Shown piece by piece: positions 53,726-64,000 of a DNA stretch of 64,000 nt; position 1 is the first letter of the stretch, and each line of letters starts with the position of its first letter. The DNA is taken from the NCBI RefSeq assembly GCF_006345805.1, contig NC_043006.1, positions 10,354,001 through 10,418,000 of the forward strand, given 5' to 3'. This stretch comes from Octopus sinensis (taxonomy: Eukaryota). A program made the position numbers and the translations under genes. The notes beneath the pieces are model-generated. The model made no database searches. It was not told where the DNA came from and worked only from the letters and a program-made list of their open reading frames with translations.

Positions 53726-56700
53726 ATATGTCCGCGTATATTGTGTAACCGTCCCACATGGTTCACAGTAACACTGGTGCATTAATGTGTTACACACTAA
53801 GATTATTACCTAGAAATTTAATATAAACAGACAAAAATCATTTTATACCCAAGAGGGTAGATAAACTTTTATTTCTTAGTTTAGATTATGTAAATTATTC
53901 GCTCTATTGACTCGTTAAACCCGTTATGGAGAACAAGGCAAAATAAGCTAAAAGGAAGCACCTTTCTTCACCTCCTTCCCAATGTTCAAACTACAATAGT
54001 CTCCAGGCGACATACCAGGGAACGTGTCAAGCGTAACTCTTTCGATTAGAGCAAATAAGTATAATTCGACACAGATATAATGACCAGTACGCTTCTGTTG
54101 ATGAAATAAGTCTCAACTGACGTTTTAGCTTTAGATATTGAATTTTTTCCTCTTTTGTTTTTAAATCTTAATGTCAGCATTTTAAAACAAAATGGGAGGT
54201 AAATGGTGTTTTTTTTCTTGCTTTTGTGGTATTTTAGCCCTTTATGAATAATGTAATATCTACGTACCTCCAGTGGGTTGACGTGTGAGCTTAATTTACT
54301 TTAATATATTTTGAACGGTTTAATATTTGATTTCATTTTAATGGGTTCCCTCCGAAACACTTCACTTTATAATTGAAAACCTAACTCTATATTTATGAAC
54401 TTGAAATCTATTTCTGCTTTAATATTCATGATAAGAACAATGATTTGTCTATAGTTTCGCATACAAAAAATATTTACCACTAGGATGTTTTAATAGTTTG
54501 CTAAGGATTGTTAGATGTTTCAGACATTTCAGATAAATTGATCTAAAATTAATAAAAGACACAATAAAGTGTAGTTTGTCTTATAGGATAGGATTTTCTT
54601 TATAAGAATTTTAAACACGATATCCATAGTGAAGGTTATATGATACGATTCTTGTACGTATTTGATATAGCTCAATTTTAGAATATTCTTTACGATTTGA
54701 GAAATATATTGTATAGCATATGCTGAAGTTACTACTAGAATTACTACATTGAATTCAATATAAATCCGTTTGATACTCCCACTGACTTCAGTATATATCC
54801 GTTTGATATGACCAGAAACCACTTTAACAATGAGATAGTGTCTAAATAGATTAAGGATTTTCTCGAATTAAAATAGGCCTTGGAAACGTGTCAGGAGTTC
54901 TCCATATTTTATTTACGTAAGGGAAAAATGAATTAGTATCTCAACAATTCTTCTCTTCTGAATGACGCCATATTTACTTTCAAGGTTGTATTAAACATAC
55001 CTTTTTGAAACAAAAGCAACTAAGGGCAATCTACTGGGTATTCTACGGAAGGATGCAGTGGGTTGCCAAAATAGGGGTTTCTTGATCTAAAGCATGTTCT
55101 TCAAACGTGTATGTCTCATAAATATTGAAATAGTACTTTTCACCAAATTTGAATCCTTGTATGTGAGATGGATATATATTTTATAATCTACACCACGTTC
55201 CTTCCGTATTGTATGCATACTTTGATTATATTTAACGTGATAGATTTTCTGCGATGAACATAATTTCAGTAGTAATTCATAGACATCAGAAACATTACAA
55301 ACCAGAGATGTTACTGAAAATCTCTATGCCGTTATGTTAGACTTCAAGCGCACTTAGAGGATACCCTGTGATTTTCATAAAACAACTCTTGAAACAGTTA
55401 TTTATTCGGTTTTAAAAAAGTAACGGTGTACATAGAACACAAGACATTATTATGAAAAGAAATACATAAAGGAAAGCAACGAGAAATATTTATTTATCCC
55501 GTGCATGTTGTGTTGATTGTTATTACTATAGAATGCTGTTTCGAATTACAGTTAAGGATAGAACTACAAGTTTTGTGAGGAAATAATGGAATGGATATTC
55601 TGCTTGCTACCATATTCCTCCAATTTTATCAATGCTTACTTTATTCATGGCTGTGTACTCATCAAACAGAAAGTAAGAGAGATATACCTTTTATCATCAA
55701 TCTAACTATTGGATTATCTCACTCGTTACCTAATGGATGGTAAAAGTTACAGAAGTATAACGAGATACACAAGGAAGAATGTTGTTAGAGAACTAAAACC
55801 TTTTATGCAGATACATTAGTCACATACTGAACTTATTTTTATTGTATATAGCTACCTTTAAAACACAGAGCATATAAGTGCAAACACATATGTCCATATG
55901 TATGTAGATGTATGTATGTATGTATCCTTGTATGAATAAATATATACATATATATGTGTATGTATGTATCTGTAAGATATATTAGTATATACATACATAC
56001 ATATATATATATATATGGGTGTAATTGTGTCTGTTACTGGTTGTGCATGCGTGTTTGTGCGCCAGAGTATCAAGGTAATAACTGCAATCATAAATTTATT
56101 GCGTCGTGCCTTTGCACTTTATCTTATTTTTATTGCACATACACACTCACACTCATAACACATAAAATATGTATGAATGTACGTAGATATATATGCATGT
56201 GTGTATGTATGTATGTGTGATGCATTATGTAAGTATTATGTATATCTTTGTGTGTGATGTCATGTATAGTGTATATATATATATTATATATATATATACA
56301 TAGAGTATTTAGTATATATGCATTATATATAAATAAAACATATAACCACAATTCTCTACTAACATCATGGTTACACTTTTGATCAGATAATGGTTTCCTA
56401 TGAATAATTTAGTTTTTAATATACCTATTTCATATCGGAAAATGACATTTAAAATTTTTTTAGATCCATTGTAAATTTTATAAAAACTCCATAGTAGCAG
56501 CCATGTTTTATGTATTACAAAGTGAAACGTTTTTTTTATATAAGGCTCTCTATATATTATGGCCGCACGTAAATACGCCATTCAGTAATTATTCCAAAAA
56601 GACACACTGGTCTGAAAACACATCTACAGCATATATAATTGGAAAATTGATATAACTTTGTAAAATGCGGTGATTTCAGTATATAGTGAGAATAAATAGT

Positions 56701-57009
56701 AATAACAATCCTACTAGGATACACTGTAGGATAAATATGTTATCTTTGGCTCTGCAAACCACGGCGAGTGACACCTTTTCAGTAACTATGTTATGTTTAG
56801 TAAATAGGCGTCTCTGACGATTTGATTGTGTTGACTGTGTAATGTGCATTATGTATTTTGAAATATAATACAGATATCAAACTTATATAAATGAACGTGC
56901 ATAAGATGGGAAAAATAAATATATATATATACAATCTCTCATCTTCCGTTTATATCTCTCCGTCCTTCATCCTCAATCCTCCCCCACTCTCTCTCTCTCT
57001 CTCTCCATG

Positions 57010-57059
<50 letters not shown>

Positions 57060-57108
57060 AATGTGTGTACGTAAATATATATATATATATATATATATAT
57101 ACTATATA

Positions 57109-57455
57109 TACTCTTTTACTTGTTTCAGTCACTTCACTGCCGCCATGCTAGAGCACCGCCTTTAGTCGAGCAAATCAACCCTAGGACGTATTCTTTGTAA
57201 ACCTAGTACTTATTCTATCGGTTTGTTTTGCCGAACCGCTAAGTTATGGAACGTAAACATACCAATACACACACACACACATACATATATACGACGGGCT
57301 TCTTTCAGTTTCCGTCTACCAAATCCACTCACAAGGCTTTGGTCGGCCCTAGGCTATAGTAGAAGATACTTGCCTAGGGTGCCACGCATTGGGACTGAAC
57401 CCGGAACCAAGTGGTTGGTAAGCAAGATACTTACCACACAGCCACTCCTGTGGCT
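57109..57455 (-). mobile_element. SINE family B with internal deletions
   Basis: Homologous to 3562, 31165 and 61970; lacks the GGTTGTCAAGCG...GGGACAAAC block. Confidence 0.85.
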
Positions 57456-57510
<55 letters not shown>

Positions 57511-57594
57511 ATATATGTATATATATATATATATTTTGTAATGAGATAAAAAAACCAAAGCTGTGTAAATCTTTGAATATTTATAGATAGTAGA

Positions 57595-57640
57595 TCTTAC
57601 AGCTGTTTCCACGATATTTATTATATCCCTTAATCTGAGA
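57595..57640 (-). ncRNA. Degenerate hammerhead motif in a (TA)n-adjacent PLE-like fragment
   Basis: Minus strand reads TCT-CAGATTA-a-GGGATAT aataa ATATCGT-g-GAA-ACAG CTGT-A-AGA; two substitutions relative to CUGAUGA. Confidence 0.5.
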
Positions 57641-58376
57641 CGCTGTGAGAGTATGGTTAAATAATAGTTAATTTATATAAGAAATTGTGAGTGAGGTGGA
57701 GGAATGAAAATAGATGTGAGATATTAGAAAAGGCTTCTTTTTATACATGGCATGATTAATCAGTCATATAGAACCTGATACATACGAATGTCAATTAATA
57801 AAAAATGAAAAACTTTACAAGTTAGAATAAACATAAAATGATGTGTTTGGGGGTATATATTTACTTCTGTCATGTACTTGTATCTATATAAGTGTGTATG
57901 TTTGTGTGGGTATAGATACATAAATTATGTAAAATAGAAGCCTTGCTTCTAAGTGCACACAACTACGGAGAGCTCACACATACAAACATTCACTTAGATA
58001 TTCATTAAATTAGCCAACGTAGGGTTCATAATATTGGGCAAAAATCAAAACAAGCATCAACTGACATGAGATAAGAGCTATTTCCTTAACGCGTAATAAA
58101 TCATATGAATGCAAGGTATATACGTCTTTGAGTAATAGTTCTCTCTGTCTATATGTCACAAGAAATAGGCACAATGACATCACATTTTACAATCGATTAT
58201 GTATATTAATCGAAATATACAGTATTATAGAACTATTACATCCGATCTCTTCAATTAATTTAGTACCCAGTTATTTAGTAATGAAATCAATTGGTAAGAT
58301 CGGGTGTAATAATGTGTGGTGTAATTAATATACTTACATATATTTATATATTTACACACCTATGTATACATATTTA

Positions 58377-58415
<39 letters not shown>

Positions 58416-58439
58416 TATATATATATATATATATATATG

Positions 58440-58497
<58 letters not shown>

Positions 58498-58500
<3 letters not shown>

Positions 58501-58593
58501 GACGTTTTCTATTCCTGAGCGTTATACTAATACATCTGTTTTGTACACCACCTGTCTTCGTCTTTTGTTTTGTTTTTTTTTTCGTAAACTCTC

Positions 58594-58595
<2 letters not shown>
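58498..58595 (+). mobile_element. 3' fragment of the 47585-47901 element, embedded in (TA)n
   Basis: AAAGAC...TATTCCTGAGCG..ATACTAATACA...CCACCTG.CTTCGTCTTTTGTTT...TCCC matches 47801-47900. Confidence 0.75.
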
Positions 58596-58665
<70 letters not shown>

Positions 58666-59086
58666 ATGACAGAGTTTCTGGGGAAGTAAACAACTCACAC
58701 TATCAAAATTCAATGAACAGTTACATATGAGTAGGGGGAAAATAACATCTATTTTAAGATTTTGTTTTAAATGTCACCCCAGCTGAAGAAATGTACCTCC
58801 ACTTTTGACCAAAATCATGCAAAATTCTAGGAGGTGGGGATTTGCCTACGCAAGTTTTTCCAAATTTGGTGTGCTTACCTAATGCATTGCAGCTGTATAT
58901 CTCAAATTTCATCTTTCAAGTTTAAGTAGGTTAGGAGTTATTGTGTTTTAAATTTATTGTCGCTTAGAGGCCCTACTTTGGGATTTATTCTCTTCTTCGC
59001 CTTTTTATTTATGTGACGCTAAAAGCTCTGACTATATTAACGGTTTTTCAGAATATTAGGCTTATCCAACTAGACTATCTAAAATA

Positions 59087-60545
59087 ATGTCTCAAAAGAG
59101 AAGTTCTTGTGTCACTAAAGGAAACGAAAATCTGGACGAACTGTATCGTGCCATTTCAATACTCAGATAGGAACGGAAGACTTGTTCCTCAAGAAGAATA
59201 TTCTTTGGAAAACAACAGCAGAATACCAAAGAAACGTCAAATTGTCGGTCGCTACCTTGGAGATACCATCAAAGGAAGGAAAGAAAGACCAAAGAAAATT
59301 TCAAAAGAAGTAACATTTTTTATGGCAAAAGGAATTAAATTACCCATAGTTATCAATTCAAAATGTAATATACAAGCAAAAGTAGAACAAAGTGCTGAAT
59401 ACCTAGGATGGGGATGGAAGCACTCCGTCGGTTACGACGACGAGGGTTCCGGTTGATCCGAATCAACGGAACAGCCTGCTCGTGAAATTAACGTGTAAGT
59501 GGCTGAGCACTCCACAGACACGTGTAGTACCCTTAACGTAGTTCTCGGGGATATTCAGCGTGACACAGAGAGTGACAAGGCCGGCCCTTTGAAATACAGG
59601 TACAACAGAAACAGGAAGTAAGAGTGAGAGAAAGTTGTGGTGAAAGAGTACAGCAGGGATCACCGCCACCCCCTGCCGGAGCCTCGTGGAGCTTTAGGAA
59701 TACCTAAGATCAATGTGTAAAACGAGGAAAATAGGATTCATTGAAAGTAATTTTTCAAATCACAAAGGAAAATGGTAAATTGCTGTGCAATGAGTATAGA
59801 AGGTTATATAATCTTCAAATTGAAAGGAAGGAACAGGTTGGAAAGGCAGCCAGTTCCAAAACTATCCATCCATCCAAAAGAAGAAATGGGTCCTTAATAC
59901 CAACTTAAACGTCTGAAGCAGTGACTGAAAGTGAATATCAAGAGTCCTAAAAATCAGATGATGAATCGACATAAGCAAGGAGGAAGTGTATCAAAACTGG
60001 AACTCCAACCAAGTTAGTAATATCTTCCAAGCTATCGACCACAAAAGCAGCAACAGTTTGTCGACAATTATCTCAAGATGGGATAGATGTTGATTATCCT
60101 TCCCAATCTGGTATTTACAGATCGAGTATCAAAGGAGATGTTCAACTAAAAACGAAAATGAAAATACTACATTTAGAAAACTTGTCATTGCATTTTAATG
60201 GTAAACGTATTGATGACCAAGAATACCAAGTGCTAGTTTTAAAGAATGAACAGTGAGAAGTTAAGTTAGAAGCACTCCAATTACCAAAGGGAAAAGCCGA
60301 TAGTGCTGTGAAAGGAATAACGGTTGTTTTAGATGAATACAATTTATAGAACTGTGTAAAGATGATTGTCGCTGATTCAATGTGTGTGAACACTGGGAAA
60401 AGAAATGTCATTGTAATTCAATTGCAAAGACTGTTTGCTGAAATGAGTTTCAAAGAATCACAATTTATTGATAGTTAGCATCATATCCTTGACAGAGTTC
60501 ATCGTGTTGTATTGGATAACGAACTTGGATTAAAAATAAGCCACC
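59087..60545 (+). pseudogene. DDE transposase relic, hAT superfamily (hATm-like), interrupted by a SINE
   Basis: Relics SLHFNGK..DDQEYQVLVL, LQLPKGKA...KGI..VLDEYNL, KMIVADS..VNTGKRN and HHILD resemble the (F/W)DGK, DTT.xNTG and CxHH motifs. Confidence 0.6.
59410..59697 (-). mobile_element. SINE family C, 5'-truncated, with TSD
   Basis: TSD GAATACCTA(G/A)GAT at 59397-59409 and 59698-59710. Confidence 0.9.
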
Positions 60546-60577
60546 TCCCAATACGGAATATACATTCATTCGACGGA

Positions 60578-60983
60578 CACATAAGTATAATTTTACCTAA
60601 AATCTCCATGTGAATAAGGAGATAGACAAAGAACGTGTTTTACCAACAACGTCTTAGTTGTAACTATGATGTTGGTAAAACATTTTCTTTGTCTATCTCT
60701 TTAGCCTCTTGGAGATTTTAGATAAAATTATACTAATGTGTACCTCTAATTTAATTAAATTCTATGTATTTGTGCAGTGGAAAGATTGCTCAACATTTTA
60801 AATTGACGTAATGAAATTATTGTATTGTTCAAATAAATGGAGTCGCATGAGACGATCGTACTGCATTACATCTGGATATCCTTGTTGCATATTTTGATTT
60901 TAATCACCATATTCTAAAATCGTATAGATAATATCGTACTGAATTCTGGTGCCTCAACTTAAGTACCATATTCATCTGAATCT
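60578..60983. mobile_element. Fold-back (60578-60740) plus a diverged copy of the 11142 HHR element (60773-60983)
   Basis: Arms CACATAAGTATAATTTTACCTAAAATCTCC... and ...GGAGATTTTAGATAAAATTATACTAATGTG. AAGATTGCTCAA, ACGATCGTAC and AATTCTGGTGC..ACTTAAGTACCATATTCA are shared with 11142-11335. Confidence 0.75.
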
Positions 60984-61019
60984 ATCTATCAATCTATCTA
61001 ACTCTCTCTCTCTCTCTCT

Positions 61020-61085
<66 letters not shown>

Positions 61086-61874
61086 ATGTGTATATGTGAG
61101 TGTATGTATGTATGTATGTATGTATGTTTGTATGTATGTATGTATGTATGTATGTAAGTATGTATGTATGTTAATGCGTATTGTGGTTTATATAATTTTG
61201 CACAATTTGGAATTTAAAAATATATAGCAACTTTGATTCGATTTTTATATAACGAATGCAACTCACTGATATTGAAAGATATTTTAATGGCAGTTCTGAA
61301 GACGAATGATACATAGATTAACATACATTACCATAAATTATGTCGTGAATTAACTTGAAGGTACTCAATAAACTCTTTATATAAAAGGCTAAGATGGCAA
61401 TCTTTTATTGTTACGTCATAAATGTTATTTGTAGATAACTCAAAGTGGTGAATGATATTGTTTATACTCTGACATATAATCTATTTTCAAGACTTGCAGC
61501 AGGCGCAAGATAAAGATTTTATTCTTCTTTGGATTTTACTTCAGTAATGCCAAATCGATTGTGGCAAGAATATATTTCTATTGTCTTACATAGACAACAT
61601 TTGGGTTCATCTTTTATGTCCTGGTTCAGCGATATCATATTGAAGGTCAACTTAAGTTTGAAAGTTTGTCATGTATAAAACAAGTGCTTTCGATTAGTAA
61701 AGTTTCGTTTCACCATTTTAAATAATACGAAAATTTAAAAACATCCTGTGTAACCTGAAATTAAACGAACTCATTTTGTATTTACTTGAATGCTTTTGAA
61801 ATAACGGTGAATGCTGTATTAGAAAAGTATTTCTTTCTTTCGGTTGTTTAATCAAATTTAATTATTACTACATG

Positions 61875-61951
<77 letters not shown>

Positions 61952-61969
61952 TATATATAATATATATAT

Positions 61970-62380
61970 ATACTCTTTTACTCTTTACTCTTTTACTTGT
62001 TTCAGTCATTTGACTGCGGCCATGCTGGAGCACCGCCTTTAGTCGAGCAAATCGACCCCGGGACTTATTCTTTGTAAGCTCAGTGCTTATTCTATCGGTC
62101 GCTTTTGCCGACCGCTAAGTGACGGGGACGTAAACACCCAGCATCGGTTGTCAAGCAATGCTAGGAGACAAACAGAGACACAAACACACACACACCACAA
62201 CACACACACACATATAATATTATACATACGACAGGCTTCTTTCAGTTTCCGTCTACCAAATCCACTCACAAGGCATTGGTCCGCCCGGGGCTATAGCAGA
62301 AGAACACTTGCCCAAGATGCCACGCAGTGGGACTGAACCCGGAACCATGTGGTTGGTTAGCAAGCTACTTACCACACAGC
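61970..62380 (-). mobile_element. SINE family B
   Basis: (CTCTTTTA)n tail, body and head homologous to the other family B copies. Confidence 0.88.
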
Positions 62381-62554
62381 ACACATGTTATATATGCATA
62401 TATGGTACATATATGTATATATATTTATATACAATATACATATATATATATGAATATATATATATACATATATACATACATTTTGATGTATGTATATATA
62501 TTACATATATATACATATATATGTATATATATATAGATACATATATGTATATAC

Positions 62555-62666
<112 letters not shown>

Positions 62667-62887
62667 ATATATATTTAGAGAGAGAGAGAGAGAGAAAGAG
62701 AGAGTTAATAACAAGGATAACAAGGTATTTTCAATCTGAGCAGAAATCTCCTTAAGCCCCCTGTCAACATAAATAAACCAGGCTAACAGTAGGTTTTCTT
62801 GAATTATATAGATCTCCAGGTAATCTTAAGACGTGATCTGGAGATGTAATCCACCAACAGTCCATGGTTACATTCCCAATTTAGTAT

Positions 62888-63160
62888 GGTGTGTGGCTCA
62901 GTGGTTAGAGCGTCAGGCTCAGAATCATGATGTTGTAAGATCTATTCTCGGACCAGGCTCTGTTGGGTTCTTGAGCAAGACATTTTATTTCACATTCCTC
63001 CACTTCACTCAGTATCATCACATGTGCCAAACTGTATCGGCCTCTGCCTTTCCCTTGGATGACATCAGTGGCGTGGAGAAGGGAAGCTTGTATGCATGGC
63101 TGACTGATAGTCTTCCACAAACATCCTTTCCCGGACTTATGCATCGGAGGGTAACTTTCT
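62888..63160 (+). mobile_element. Older tRNA-derived SINE (family D)
   Basis: A box TGGCTCAGTGGTTAGAGCG, decayed B box, CORE/V-like CTTGAGCAAGACA segment. Single diverged copy. Confidence 0.6.
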
Positions 63161-63503
63161 AGGTGATATTTCATGGTCTTTTCCCTTTACCGTTTTCATA
63201 GTGTGATATACCACAGAAAGCATAAATAATGGGTTTTATACATTTATTTATTTGTGTATCGTTGCCTTATATCTGTTTCTCATTTGCATTTTACTTGCTT
63301 TCATGTTTCCGTTTACTGACTCAGTTGAGTGATCGCTTGGAAAGGGTGAACGACCGTTATAAATGTTATCGTATTCAGAACCGGCGGATTTTATGCAAAG
63401 GTGTACGAAATCGAAAATAATAAACATTTAGAAAGAAAGGCGAAGAGTAATGGAATGAAAGAATGAAAATAGGAAAATAGAAGAGGATAAAAGGGAAAAG
63501 ACG

Positions 63504-63542
<39 letters not shown>

Positions 63543-64000
63543 CCAGGAAATTAAGGAAGAGGAGGGGAGGAAAGTTACTTACGGTTGTATTTATAATGAC
63601 CAAGGTAACCCTTTCCTAGTCATTAGTCTTAGTTTGTTGTAGACTGTTACTAGGGTTAAATAGTATCAACGTAGTTTATTGAAATTTGATACCCACAAAC
63701 TTCTCTAGTGATCATCTCTTGATAATTTTTGCTATATAAAGGTCATAGCTTGTTGGATTACTATTATATTACTGGTGTTCTAGCTTAGTGTTTGTTGTCA
63801 TGTGCTAAGGTAGCTTATTTTTCCAAGTTATTCAGAATGTATAATACGGGAATCGATACGGGAGATTTAGGTAAAATAAAATATTAAATAAAATAAAATA
63901 GGTATTTTATTAGGATTAGAAGTTAATGAAATTATACACCAATCAATAGGGTAAACTAAAATGATAAAGATTACAAGAAAATGATAACCAAGACAAAAGG

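Overview
This is an AT-rich, microsatellite-dense eukaryotic window with no recognisable host protein-coding exon, so it is probably intronic or intergenic. Its SINE families resemble those of Octopus (OK/OR1/OR2-type), which suggests a coleoid cephalopod; this is inferred from pattern recognition. Almost all ORF-track entries are microsatellite or SINE artefacts. The real content is transposon-derived: four tRNA-derived SINE families, a young 5'-truncated RTE LINE with a 13-bp TSD, a decayed R4/Dong-type element, two adjacent mariners, three non-autonomous Helitrons, hAT- and piggyBac-type MITEs, a hAT-like transposase relic and Penelope-like (PLE) RT/GIY-YIG relics. The most interesting signal is absent from the ORF track: several unrelated non-coding elements, mostly next to (TA)n tracts, each carry a type I hammerhead ribozyme (HHR) motif. 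The core is intact at 47351-47393 (mirrored on the minus strand in a perfect ~155-bp inverted repeat) and at 11142-11225 (long stem II). Variant, split or degenerate copies lie at 31027, 32768, 39783, 41747, 47768, 57595 and 60773. They occur as fold-back inverted repeats and as ~535-bp head-to-tail units, as expected for PLE pseudo-LTRs or retrozymes. One insertion has a 13-bp TSD and an empty-site paralog in the window, and another fragment starts exactly at the predicted self-cleavage site. Coordinates were read by eye and may be off by a few bases.
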